Origin: Ramazzottius varieornatus
Taxonomy: Eukaryota > Animalia > Tardigrada
Assembly: GCA_001949185.1 (NCBI GenBank)
Contig: BDGG01000003.1
Coordinates: 4,399,092 to 4,463,091, forward strand
Direction: 5' to 3'
DNA: 64,000 nucleotides
Shown one piece after another: positions 38,887 through 52,319 of the stretch. Position 1 is the stretch's first letter. Each line of letters begins with the position of its first letter. The notes under the pieces were generated by a model. It worked only from the letters and a program-made list of their open reading frames with translations, made no database searches and had not been told where the DNA came from. A program made the position numbers and the translations under genes.

Positions 38887-40030
38887 TATTTTTCACGCTC
38901 TTTTCGTTTAAAACCACCTCACGGGATGATGAATTATTGCTCATGATGTTTTTTATCCTGATGAGTTTGCTTTTCTCGCTGATAACTTATTCAAGAGAGT
39001 AATGAGTAATGAATCGGACTGCATTGTGAATACAGTGTACGACAAAATAAACCGTTAAAAATGGGTGTTGGATGGAGCCAGATGGATAAAGCCAATGAAA
39101 TTTGCGCATGTAGCAAGATATAATTCTCATTGGCTGAGTTGCTCCAGCTGCAGTGCTGCGCCCATTTTGAACGGTTAATTTTGTTGTACACTGTACTTGA
39201 TGCGATCAATTACCGGCGTCCAGGTATCGCGTTGCGTTTCTCGTGTTGGGTTTCCTCCACGCAGACGCAAGCTAATCGCGCTTTTTGTGGTGGTGCTGTA
39301 CGACGCTATTGAATCGGGAGAGAGTGCGGGAAAAGGTGAGAGTACTGTGGCGCAGCCCTTCTAGCAAGCGTTTCTGTACGGTCTTGTCTCACCTGCTCCC
39401 CTTATTCACTTATTCAATTGACCATTGTTCAGCATCGTTCACATCGGATCTGGGACATCCGGGAACCCGGAGAGCCAAACGACGGTTCAAGCACGTACGT
39501 CATGACAGAGTGTGATGTGTCAGCACTACAGTAAGTATTTCGAATGCACACACAATGTTGCTGTATGACATCACACAATCCTGCAGGATGTATCGATATG
39601 TGAGTGTCAGTGTGTGATGTCATGCGCGCTGTATATATCAGGCGGTGGCGCAGTGTTTGCCTTGAATGAATGTTAGTTCCCGAATAAACGTGAGTCGTCT
39701 GGCAGCTGGCCGGTTTATCTTATCCCTAAAATTATCCATCTCACACTTGATAGATACAACGTCTTGTGTTACGTAACCGCCGTCCAGAAGACGCGGGACA
39801 TTGAGTCGGTGTTTTTTGTGTTGAACGAGCCCAAGCCCCGCGGCGACGAGAAGTGAAGCGATCTGGACTTTGTAGCGAGGATCATTTCTGGGTAAGCGAT
39901 GGTTTCAGTGTGGGAAAGCTTTGGAAGCATCATAAAACGGAATGTCTATTTGTTTCAGGTCTTGAATATAGAACATCTAGGAGCTTCTAACGGGACTGAC
40001 TGGCGCGAAATCAGCAAAAAGGGGGCTCTA

Positions 40031-43000
40031 ATGGGCCTGCTGACTGAAGGGACACCGCTGTCCTGGAGCGAGACCAAGGAATATGCCGAACACGTCCAGA
40101 AACACGGCATCCAGCAATTTATCAACCTCTATCACAAGCTAAAGGATCGCCACAACGACGGCCTGAAGTGGGGAGACGAGGTCTGTGCCATTTTACCCCC
40201 CAAAAATATGTCGTCCTTTTCCATCGAGTCTGCGACATCTATGTCATGTCATGTCATATGATATTACCTGAATATTCACCTTGGTTTCTTCCTTCATAGA
40301 TCGAGTACATCCTCGTCCATTTCGACGACGCTCGGCAGAAAACCCAAGTGGCTTTGAAGTCCGTGGATATCTTGCCGATCTTACAGCGGAAGGAGAACGA
40401 GGCGGAAGAGAATGGGTAAGTCCCCATCCATAGTCTATCCACTTTGAGACCACACCTAGAAATTCATTATATATCCACCGCCAGCATTGTCAATACATCG
40501 ATTAGCACCATTGTCTACTAAAAAGAAGAGTTGATGGCTTTTTATATCTCCGTTTTTCGTTATTGATTTCTCTTCATTGTAGACACATTGATCGGCCGAA
40601 ATTGTTGTCCCTTTGGAGACCCGAGTGTGGAGCCTACATGATCGAGTCATCCCCTGGCGAACCCTTTGGATCCAAGTTCAAGGTCTTCAACGAAGTCGAG
40701 CCCAGTATGCGCTATCGGCGCCAAGAAGTGCAGAGCATCTTAGCGGATAACGAAGCTGTCTTGACCTTCTGCGCCTTTCCTAGGTATCTACTCACGTGAT
40801 GCTCTCTCACACGTTTGACATTTGAAAGCTCTGCAAGACCGTTTTCCGAAGTGGCGCACATATCAGTGGTATTGGCTGAAAGCGTGCGCCGCTTGGGAAA
40901 CCAGTTTGGTTGAGTTTGCTTGCCGAGTACGCGTTTGACATTTCGTTTCAGAAATTCTCAAACACATTTAACAAATATACAAATCTTTCTAATCCATTTC
41001 CGCAGGATTGGCTGCGAAGACTTCACCTACCCGAAGACAGTCCCGAGGCCCAACGACCCAAACTCCATTCAGGCGTCAATATTCTTCCCGGACGAGGCAC
41101 TGTTTCCGGGACACCCTAGAAGCCGGTAAGCCAACGCAAAGTAAGGTATCGTCGTAGAAAGGTTGAATCGATTATGACTATAAGACCGTGTCTCATCGAA
41201 CTGGCGCAGTGTATAGCATTCATTGGCATATGTACTTCATTTCGTAATCTCGTGATGCGTTTACGTATATTTACAGGACTCTCATTCGAAATGGACGAGC
41301 AAGATTGGGGAAGAAGCGCCTCGCCAATGTCCCCCGTACGAAGAAGAAGAGTATATTCGGAACGTCGGTAGATGATTTCGCCTAGATCGTCTGAAATAGT
41401 TAATGGCTGACAACGTACGCCACACGGAAAGCGATCTGGTTGAGTTTAATTGCTGCCCCAAGTGGCGCACGATTTTATTGTTGTTGGTTAGAAGAATGCG
41501 CCAGTTGGGGAATTCATCATCGGCGTTTCAATTTTCCTGATTGGTTTCGACAGGCGTACGAAGAGTTGAGTGTCATATTTTCCATATTTTTTCCATATTT
41601 TTTCCAACAGTGTTCAAGGATAAAAACACGCCAGAAAAGCTGGACGAAGACTATGCGGCGATGGGGGATGACGGTCAGGTGCAGGCTGGAGCACTTCCCG
41701 GTCATGTCGTGCTGGATTCGATTGGACAGGGGATGGGTATTTGCTGTCTGCAGGTACTACTCAAACAGCCTAAGCATAATAGGGGTTTTACATATTTACT
41801 AACGTGTCTCTGGTCGTTCATCCATTCTTTACAGGTGACGTTTCAAGCATGCAACATCGACGAAGCTCGCTTCCTCTACGACCAACTGGCTGTCATGTGT
41901 CCATTGATGGTACTGTAAATCCGTAGAATCCGTACATGTTTCCCATGGGCATTCGATTCCATCAAAGGAAACACTTAGATCTAGTCTTATCAAGGATGTA
42001 TGAATTTCCGAAAGTAGCAAAGGGAACAAAGTCTTGAATAGGAGGTGGGCAGAAAATTTGAACGATATTGCTGCTTCAAGTGGCGCATACTTCCATCCAA
42101 TGTTGTTGAACATATGCGCCACTCGACGTAGTGATTTGTTTCGATTAAATGTAGCCACGTCCCAAAATTTTGCCAAATCGTTTTTATCTTATAAAGGAAA
42201 AATAGAGGAAATCAAGAAATATCGAAGAAACGTGAAATATTTGGGTTTTTCAAATGATTTTTTTGTCAATAATCGGAAATCGGGTCGTAGTTCTTGTTTT
42301 TTGGCTTGTTGCAGTTGGCGCTTACGGCTGCTGCACCCATGTATCGGGGCTACTTGTGCGATGTCGATTGTCGATGGAATGTGCTGTCGGAAGTCAACGA
42401 CGAGCGAACCGACGAAGAAATGGGAACAGTGGTGTGTACGCTTACTTCGTCAGAAATCATCAGAATAGCGTATATATTATGATCTCGCACATTAGTAAGG
42501 TTACTGATCGACCTTGCTAGGGTTATTCCATCCTTTCACCAAAAAGTAGACCAAAATCTAATTTGTCACTTTGTCCGTAGCCTTTGAAGTCGCACCGATA
42601 CGTGATTCCGAAATCACGGTATGGATCGGTCGACCTGTACATCTCTCCGCAGGGTGAGCAATTCAACGATGTACCGGCGGTCTACAATGAGGAACTATGC
42701 CGTATGATGGTCGATGCGGGTACGTGGCAGTGTGACTTTAAAACATATTGTTTGATTTCAATTGTGACTTGGTACACATGTGGTCCACCTTTATACTTCG
42801 CGCTTTGTAGGCATTGATCGCCAGTTAGCCGTCCATATGGCTCACGTGTTCATAAGAGATCCCTTGGTACTGTACAGAGAGAAAATCCATCAGGATGACG
42901 AGAATGAAACTGACCATTTCGAAGTACGTACTCGAATCGCTCCGTTTTCCTTGTTTCAAACTGAATCTCTTAGTGAAATATCTGATTTTATTTGCAGAAT

Positions 43001-44325
43001 ATTCAGTCTTCCAACTGGCAAACTTTGCGGTTCAAACCGCCGCCGTCGCAGAGCACAATCGGGTGGCGGGTGGAGTTCCGCCCGATGGAGGTACGAAACT
43101 GCTTGTTCACAGATATGAAAGTTCGATCAGCGGCTATTGGGTAGCAATGAGCACTGAATAGGCACTGGTTCGGTAGAGAAAATCGACAAGATTGTTTGTC
43201 CAAGTGGCGCACGCTCCGAGTCAACAACACTATAGATGTGCGTCAGTTGGGAAAACAATCCTGTCAATTTTGTCTGCCGATACAAGTGATGTGCTGTACG
43301 TCATGCTATATGACATGACTGTATGTCATTTACATGATTGTACGGCCATAGTTTTTTTATGTAGACTCAGTTGACGGACTTCGAGAACGCTGCTTTCGTG
43401 TCCTTCATCGTCCTGTTGACTCGTACGATCATCAGCCTAAAGCTAAACCTTTTAATCCCGATCTCGAAAGTGGAAGAAAATATGGAGGCAGCGCAGAAGC
43501 GCGATGCTGTTCGTCAGCAAACGTTCAATTTCCGGACGGAAATTATGTCAGGTACTTGATGAGAGAACCCAGTCCGAAATGTTCTGTTAACTGGCTCAGG
43601 CCAAGTTGGTAACAGTTTTACTGGTTAAAGAGAGGCCGGATGGACCGAACACCTTCAGAGTCAATGGAAAACCATCGCAGAACCTGGTCGAGAAGATGAC
43701 CATGAATGAGATTTTCAACGGCCAAGATGAGGGGTTTCCGGGCCTGATTCCTCTCATCGAGAACTATCTCGCAGCTGTCGATCTCGATGCAGAGACCACC
43801 TGTACTCTGCGATCTTACCTTCAGTTCATCAGCAAGAAAGCGTCAGGTACCATATTTCTTTTTTCTCGGTCACGCACTCGGAAGTGGGAGAATATAATTC
43901 ACCGCTTTGCGTAGACCTGCATACGCGGATGCTGTTATAGCTTGCTAGCTTTGTGTATGCAGGTTCATGCCGATGTACTCTGAAAATTTCACTGTGGTTC
44001 AGGTGAGCTGCTGACGACGGCATCTTGGCTTCGGAACTTCGTCATGAACCATCCCGAGTACAAACAAGATTCTTATGTCAGCGAGAAGATCAACTACGAC
44101 CTGATAAAGACCTGCCGAGCCATCTCGAGCGGGCATCTGTACGATAGTAAGTTGTTGTGCGAGAGAGCACAGCTGAGGTTGTTACAGTCGGGAGAGAAAC
44201 GCCGAAATACTGGTCCGAATGACAGTAAGCTTGGTGATGGCAGCGGAGACGTTGCTGACGGGCGTATTCCTAAGGGGAATCTCAACAATGGCAGCGTGCC
44301 GAAGCCGGTACTAGCAAGCAGCTGA
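40031..44325 (+). CDS. GCLC: Glutamate-cysteine ligase catalytic subunit (divergent copy)
   Basis: [18 protein letters not shown]|IEY, CCLQ|VTFQ, HFE|[26 protein letters not shown]; many short introns. Confidence 0.93.
43915..43964. repeat. Family B mini-palindrome, GCLC intron
   Basis: ACCTGCATAC-N30-GTATGCAGGT, perfect arms. Confidence 0.8.
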
Positions 44326-44732
44326 CACAATGCACTTCTTCCCTCTTTGAATCTCTAAATTTTTAGCTTTCATCCTCTTTGGCCTTCTCCTCTGCCGTGT
44401 TCTTTTCGGAGTCTAAAGTTTTAGCCTTCGTCGTCCGCTTTTTCCTGCGATCTTTTTCCTACGCTGAAATTCGCAAATTGCTTCTTCTCGCGTTTAAGTT
44501 TATCCGTCTGAAAATTTACAGTGTGATTCTGTTATCATAGAAGTTAAATGGTGACAATTCTGTTGAAAAGCCAGAGCTGCAATAACGTGAACTAAAAAAG
44601 CAAGCGAAAAGGTCGGCAAGGCACAGAAGTTTAAGACTACAAAAAAAGAACAAGGTTCTTTGAGCAAGTAGAACCGTTTTCGGGGCGAGGAAGACAGCGA
44701 ACGAAAATGTTTCTTTAACTTCTCGACACCAA

Positions 44733-46196
44733 CTATGCTTTATCTTTGTCACCAGAAGGAATACTGTGGGTTCGCGTTAAGCCTTCCATGAGGTAACTTA
44801 CATCCGCGTCTGGAGCTATCTCTACTATCCCTTGATCCCGCTCCAGGCTCTTAAAGAGGCGCGCGCCGGTTTTCCCGCCCACAGTCGCGCGATCACCTTC
44901 CACCCTTAACCACGCACCTTCTCGTAAAGCCTAGACGAAACGTCCAGCATAAAACTGATCCAAGTCGGAACACTCGGGAGACCGGCAAACGACACATACA
45001 AGATCGTTTTCTGAAGCGGCGCACTCTTCCGGCCAGTTGTACGAGAACTTGGGCCACTTCGGAAAAACCATCAAACTTGAAAAGACCAACTTTCCAAGTC
45101 GCGCGCGCTTACAGCCACTGATACTTGAAACGTGCGCCACTTGAGATGACGGTCTTGTACGATTCGGTCGCAGGCTTTCCACTTTACATCCGAAAAAAAC
45201 TTACGAGAACAAGCCTCCCTGGCTCTTGTTCGAGGTACTCGGCTATTCGTTCGTCTCTTGTTTCCTGAAACAAAATAACTATCCGGTTGAATGTCTGTTC
45301 CGTGTACTCTCTTGGCTGAAAGGCCAAGATCAACCACCAGTGTGACGGAAAGCACAGTTTAGGGAGAGGTAAGAGTAAGTACCCCTTTGTGCGTGGAGTT
45401 GGGATCCGTGTCAATATAATGCGGATTGATATTGATCGGGATCAAATTTAGAGCCTGGAAGGTGGGCGGATAGACTATAGGCATATCGTTGGTTGTGTTG
45501 ATTGATATAGTGGCCACATTGCTGCCTGCGCTCGAACCCATGTAAGGGAGGCCATCCTACAAAACAAACATGGAATCAGTTTTCACCCAAGAAAATTCTC
45601 TACGATTCCCTGCACAAACCTCCAAAACTCTCTTCTGTAGCAGAGGGACCAAATCCATGGCATAGAGTGATTTCAGTAACCGAAACGAATTTCCTCCGCC
45701 TGAAAAGGTAATTTAGAGACAGAAAGTACTCCTCCGGCACGAACCTCCATACTAGCGTTCGTTGGCGATCGAATAGTAAAATGTATGCAGGTGCAAGCTA
45801 GATGAGTGTATGCATCTGGGCGACATTCGAAATGGTTGTCATCAACTGACCAATAAACACGGCCTGAGCATTGTTGACGGCTTCCGTGGCGAAAGTTCCT
45901 TCGTGGATTCCCACAATTTTGTAGTCAAGTCCGATCTTGGCGAAACGCTGGCGGATCCTGCTGACGTATGCATCGTAGTCATGCAGCGCATAGGGAATGA
46001 AGAGGATTTCTTTCACACTACTGCAACAAAACAAGACTCACCACAAAGCTGGCGATAACCAGAGCTCGTTGTACTACCTGCCGAAGAAATTGATGATCTC
46101 CTCCTTGGCGTACTCGAACGGCTCACACCCGTGAACACTGGCGCTGGACAAGAGCAGAAGCCGTCGAGGCGAAGCAGACATTAGATCCTTCGCCAT
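44733..46196 (-). CDS. pepE: Alpha-aspartyl dipeptidase (peptidase E, family S51)
   Basis: [24 protein letters not shown]|[17 protein letters not shown] (catalytic Ser), [20 protein letters not shown]; several introns. Confidence 0.92.
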
Positions 46197-46838
46197 TGTT
46201 GCTCTTCCACGTCTCAAAGCATGAAGCATATACGTCCAGCAAACCGGATAAAGTAACAAAGAGGCGTGAAGATCAGCAATTACTGTCTCAAGCCTTCCAG
46301 AAATCGATATTCAGTAAGGGATAAGCAGCAAATTTGTCTAGAACCAAAGGCGAGGAGCGGTGCACGAAGGAAGACGATAAAAATTCCTTTAGAGATAACG
46401 CTGTCACTGTCAGCAGCTGATATCGCTGACAAATTGCCACCGGCTTCAAAGCGGTTTAACTGAAATCGAGCTGCCCGACCGGGCCACCACCATGTGAGCC
46501 GTTTGGTTTCCTCTGTGCCGAAATCGGAATCTTCCGCCTAACGAAACGATTTTAGCAGCCGCGCCGAGTTCCACTTCTCGCGCTCGTCTCATAAGGGGTT
46601 TTATGCCTGTCATGACATCGATATCCCGATGGTCAAACTGTCCCGACAAAACGACAGAGGAGCGTTTCTTTTAGTATCCGAGCCCGGTTGGTCAGATACC
46701 GGAACGATCCTGGAATAGAATACGAGACTCGGTAATGCCAAATTCAGCTGTCGAACTATGAACAGAGTGGCTGATTGTGTTCATTGTCCTTTTTCGCTGT
46801 CTTTTCCGTCCCTTCCGAGTCTTGTAGTCTATTCCAGT

Positions 46839-48173
46839 TAGTGATGTTGGCATATATGAGTATTATATTAAGTTAGAGCTTATTAGATGCTTTTTGCATC
46901 TAATCTAGCATATTAACATTTGATGCTTCGGCCGAGGTGGAGTATTTATTAGTATTAAATTAGACGACAGTCAGAGCCAGAATTATCATATTGAAATCAA
47001 GCCGCAGGCCGCTCCGTATTAAAATTATTAGAATGCGGATTTTTGCTTCATTTGATTAACATAGTATTTGATTTGCGTCCAAGCGTGAAACTGTGCGCAG
47101 TGTGCTGTATGCCAGTAAATCTTACGCATCAAGCACCTGCGCTGGCGTTACACTCACAAACGTTCGAATGTGGTGACTTGATCAAAGCAGCTTATCTAAT
47201 TGGTGAGTGCAGGACTGCGATTTCGGGGACTCACTTGCATACCCGCCATTGCCGCTGTAAAAAACGCATTGCAGCGCGATCCTGCAATGCGTTTGGGATG
47301 ACTGTCATCCCAAGGATGTCAGCACGGCTTGAAAGAGGGACTTCCCCGAGCATCAGGCAGAACAGACAACAGCCGCTGAAACTGCTGTTATTTTTAGACG
47401 CTTCCTTGGTAGTACTTTTAACTGATGATCCATGACATTTTTATTGCTGGAAATGGATAAAAATGTTTTGCTGGTGAAATTGTCAAGGAAGGAAGTTATC
47501 TTTTCCCGTTGACATGTGGATCTAAAAATGACTGAAATATTAGAATTTATTATAATAAGAACCCAGCGACGCAAGTTAATATGTTGACATTATATTTGAT
47601 GCTTTGCGGTCGGGGCATATTGTATTAAGATCAGATTAGAACTAGAGCGCAGAATCTGGCCGCATGCGCTGTGCTGCACTGCAGCAGTGCTGTGCTGCAG
47701 CACAGCTGCAGTGCGTGAACTGACGTGTGTGCACAGCTGCAGTGCGTGAACTGACGAAATTTGTGCGGCACAGCACAGCATGCAGCAGAAAGCCATAGAA
47801 TACCGCGCAGATGCACCTACCGAAACCTAACAAAAATTACAGTTTTTTGGCATTCGAACGTTAGCCGTCTAAGTTTTTCCGTACTTTAAGGCCACGTTCT
47901 CCAGCTTGACTACCGATTCCGCTGACTGAATTACAAACCACGTCAATACATCGGCGTTCCGCGCAGTTGCACCAGGTCAACGTGCACAGCTGCTTAGCCA
48001 CTGGGCATGAAAGTTGTGCTGCACGGCGCAGCGTACAGCGCCCTGCTGATGTGCGCAGCAGTTACAGCGTACTTTTGGACCTGCGGCCCAGTGCTCTAAT
48101 TAGAACTCTGGCAGCCCAGGCTTATTAAATTAAGATTATATTAGGTCGCGATACCCTTATGCCAACATCACTA
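46839..48173. mobile_element. Non-autonomous hAT-type element H2
   Basis: TIRs TAGTGATGTTGGCATA / TATGCCAACATCACTA; perfect 8-bp TSD ATTCCAGT (46831-46838 and 48174-48181). Confidence 0.9.
47643..48098 (-). mobile_element. hAT-type MITE family H1 (copy 2), nested in H2
   Basis: TAGAGC..GCTCTA termini; perfect 8-bp TSD ATTAGAAC (47635-47642 and 48099-48106); homologous to 4831-5231. Confidence 0.9.
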
Positions 48174-48417
48174 ATTCCAGTATCGTTCCGGTGTTTAGCT
48201 ATCTGGCTCAGATGCTGGAAGAAACTCTCTTCTATCCTTTTGTAGGCACAGTTTGACCATCGGAATGTCAGGACAGGCGTAATCCTCTTGTCAGAAAGAG
48301 CAGAACAGCAATCAAAACCGCAGAAGGAACACGGAAGTCTAGAATCAAATTTGCCTCAATTCTGACCAAGGCTTTTAAAATAGATATGCATATTTTAGTT
48401 CATCAAAAGCAGGAGCT

Positions 48418-51400
48418 TTATCTTATGACTTTTAGGTTTCTTGTTCGAGCTATGCGCATGCGTCCCTGTAGGATCTCTTTCGTTCTGGCGCTGAGGACTT
48501 CTTGACGGCTCGACAGCTTTTTCCCTTGCGGACGGAATGTTCGTTTAGGAAAAAGAAGTCTCGTCGTTTTGAACGCTCGGTATCTCGCAGCTCTCGCTAG
48601 GACCGGAAGCTTCAGTTTCCTTTCGTCGTTCATCATCGGTAGAAGCGTCCAATAATCGAACAGCTTCAGCTGCTTCCCCAAGATACCCAACCTGGAGAAA
48701 TTAATAGTTTAGATCAGATTACTTAGGGTATTCTTGATGAAGCTTACGTGGTCTGGAAGGGCGTCAGTTGGTGATACTGGATGTGCCGGATGGGCTCGTG
48801 GTTCTGGCGTAGCTGTGCCAAAAGACTTGGTTCTGTGGGTCCTCCCTGCAGCGTATGCAGCAGCCTGGTTCGGAGCTTGAGGTATTTTTGGTTCATTTGG
48901 AAGTCCAAAATTGGAGAGTTCTGCCTGTAGTTAACACAACGTACCATACATCAACTGGAGCTCGACAAAATTACTCCCCCAAGTGGCGCACGTTCCTGAG
49001 CTATTGGCTGAAAATGTGCGCCACTTGGAAAAGCGATTTGGTCGAGTTTGTTTGCGAGATCCCTTTTTAGATATCAAGAAAGCTATTAATATGTTTCTGT
49101 AATTACCGCATTTCTCGGAGAACTTGATGCTTATTTGTCGCGTAATCGTGCTTCTCAGGAACGGAAGGTTGCAGGATGTAGAATGGTTTCTTGGCCGAAG
49201 TCTTCCATAGAGGAGGTCGTGAAGCCACCTTAATCTGCCAATTGGTGATTGTTGGTCGAACTAACTCGTCGCTCAGCTTCAACCGGTACGAACGCGGGGA
49301 CAACCTTGGTGCCTGAAGCTCCTCGTTCTCTCTCTGACGAGCTCGATGTCGGGAATCTTGCAGGGCTCGAAGAGCCCGTTCCGAGTAGGTTTCATAATAG
49401 GTGAAGTCCATGGTGCGCTCCAGCGAATCCATGTTGAAAGCCTCCCTCCGAAAAAGCCTGCAAATATATTTGCAGTAGATATCTTTGTTCGTACGGCATT
49501 CTCAAGCAACCACAGCTTGGAGTCAGTGCCACCCCACCTTCCGAACTCCGCTCGGATGAAGCGGTTAGATCGTTGCAAGAACACCGCGCAAACAGCGATG
49601 CAGCTCAAATCCAGCAGATTCTGTTAACAATCAGCGAACAACCTCGAGCTATCCCACCGTTGAACTGATCAGTTCATGGATACATACAGTAACGTATTTC
49701 ATGTGTGGAGCTGTTTGACCTACCTCGAAGAAGAACCTTTCAGGAACAATCGAATGTGGTTTATACCTGGAAAACATACTTTTGGTCGTTCCTTCCAACT
49801 GTCTCCTGAGACCAGAAACGCTTTTTTTCTAGATTCGTACCTTAGAGTACCTACATCAGGCTGGTTGATAAGTAAAACGCGCATGAGGATCGCCGAATAC
49901 TTTTCAGCCAGGGTCATACGAGCCTTGTGGATCTCGTATCGGAAGACCCTTCTCTGTCGTTCCCTTGCCACAACTTTAGGTCTTTCGATCTGTGCCGGCA
50001 ATCTGAGACAAACACGTCAAGCCGTCTTCATTCATGTACGGACGTAGCTGGTTAGCTGACAATGTCTAGCTGAAGGCCATAAGTACCTAACCACCTTGCC
50101 TGCTCGTAACGTCAGCCGGAAGTACTTCCGGGTTAGTCCCAAAAGATAAAAGTAGAAATAGTGAATGAGGGCAAGTAGGAACTCGTCGTAGTCCTTGTGC
50201 CTGTTGGGAAAGCACCAGCACGTGTCAAAGATGCGCCCTCTTCCCCAAGTGGCGCACGCTTCTGGAAAAAATAAGTGAAAAGGTGCGCCACTTGAAAAAC
50301 CGATCCGGTCGAATTTGATTTCCAACTGGTGCACGCTTCCAGCCAAAAACAATGAAAAGGTGCGCCACGTGAGGAAAGGACTTGCTCGAAATTATTGGTC
50401 GACCTTCCACTTGGTGAAGGATGCAAGGCACTTCGACATACTTTATGAAACTTCGAACTCCGCGCACGCAGTTGAAGGAGTCATAATACGTCACGACGTT
50501 CTCCGGAAGCTTGTCATGAAGTGTGTATTTCATGAGGTAGACAGCTGCACCTGTGGAAATTTCGACTGACCTTCTTCCTCACCTGGAGAGTGCCATGTTC
50601 ATCCGTTCGAGAGCTACGGACGGGAGAGCTGTGCGCTACGTTCTTACGCTTACGTTTCACATCCTCGATTTCCACCTGTCGCGATGCCTCAACGACCACG
50701 TCAGCTTCTGGCTCTTTGTCCTTGATAAGCTTGGCAAAACCTTCGATAATCTTGTCAGCTGGATGACGGCTGTCAATATTCGGAACACTTAGTACCAACA
50801 TACTCCCACAGATTTAAACTAGAGCTGTCAGTCTGCACGCGAGAGTCACTTACTTTTCCTTGTAGTTTATTTTACCGGCTAATTTTAGCGTATCCTGCTT
50901 CTGGGCAATATCTTTCGTGACATTGATGGCTTCAGCGTACTCTTGTTTCGTCCTGGAAAAAACTGGAATGCAGGAATCAGCTTTTCCCCAAAATGATAAG
51001 CCGGTGGTATAGGGTGGAGAAAAGCACGCACGACGAGCGGAAGCACTTACGGCACGAAGAGAAAACCCAGCCGCCTGTCCCATTTCCAGCTGCCATGTTG
51101 CGGCGTTGGGGGTTTTCGAGTGTGCTGTATCATCGACATGGACAAATACCTGGGCTGCCCATCTTGCGGATTTGATCCTGCCTAGACAGAAAAGGCAACT
51201 TTATGAAAATATTTTTGTGTTGTACGATACGAGAGGCCGGTACAATTGTTATCTTATGTGGCGCACTTTTCCGGCCAATACCAAAGAAAACTGCGCCACT
51301 TGAAACAGCAGTCATTCCGAGATTGTACGCTTGCATCCATACAGCCCGAAATTCTTTCGTACCTTTTCGTTCTTCAAAAAGTCTTCGTCATCTTTTCGGT

Positions 51401-51527
51401 GCAGTGCCTGGTCGCCAAAATCAAACACATCCCGAAAGACATCACTAGGTCTGGCGGTAACAAAGGGGTTTCTACCAGCAAGGACCGCCGCAACTTCCGG
51501 CGGGACCTTGTCGCCGGCTTTCTTCAT
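48418..51527 (-). CDS. PPP1R36: Protein phosphatase 1 regulatory subunit 36-like
   Basis: GSWKWD..LFVP, DEFLLALIHYFYFYL, RMTLAEKYSAILM, IRAEFGR and GILGKQLKLFDYWTLLP resemble PPP1R36 blocks; 5' exon structure uncertain. Confidence 0.5.
48958..49058. repeat. Family A palindrome, PPP1R36-like intron
   Basis: Perfect core pair, 24-nt spacer. Confidence 0.85.
50222..50405. repeat. Family A palindrome, dimer, PPP1R36-like intron
   Basis: Two core pairs; first spacer 25 nt. Confidence 0.8.
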
Positions 51528-52319
51528 GATTCTACACTTACAAGTTCTGGCAACATCAACCGACGCTTGATCCGAGTGTCAATTAAGCTAATCGAGCTTC
51601 GCACAAATGCTGCCGTCATTACTGTGGAAACTGACAGGATTTCCGGTCTAACTTCGAAGCGATTGTTTTTTCCCAGCAGCTTGTAGCGAGACAGCTGCCG
51701 AAACGGATCACGACTTCAGCCCAAGACAAAAAACAGTCTTCCTCGACCTTGCCAGAATGTGCCTTAACCAGCTGTCTCTTCCTGCCAAGACAGAAAACAG
51801 TCTCACTCGACCTTGACGAACTGTGCCTCAACCAGCTATCTTCGTTCGCAGTGTTTTGCTGGAGCAGAAACTAACTTCGAAATCAACCGGGTCACACAGT
51901 GACAATTGGAAGACCGGCGAATGAAACGTCCAAAATTGCCATCTCAAGCGGCGCAAACTCCTTTCCAACAACAATGGGAAAGTGCGCCACTTGGCACAAT
52001 GATCTGGTACGTTGTGTTTACCGGCTCCCAATAGCTTATATAAATTTTTCATTCAGTGTTTTGGATATCAGATGGAACAGATACGTTTCGCTAGTATGTT
52101 TCGAGCGGAGAGTTTACTATGGCGAAAAAGAAACATTTCCTTGTCAACTATTTTGGAAAAATGATTCGATAATCGATATCAATTCGGGCGTCTTTGTATA
52201 AACTGTAAAGCCTGTGCATGAAAAAAGGCAAGGTCGATCTGAACGTTGGCAAGTCGGACAATCACCGTGCTTTATGACTGTCAGAAATTACCGGCAATTT
52301 CTAGCTTGCGTTCTTTGCG

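Larger units (their letters stand above)
46585..48295. mobile_element. Foldback element interrupted by nested hAT-type MITEs
   Basis: 46610-46733 is the imperfect reverse complement of 46815-46838 joined to 48182-48270 once the insertion is removed. Confidence 0.7.
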
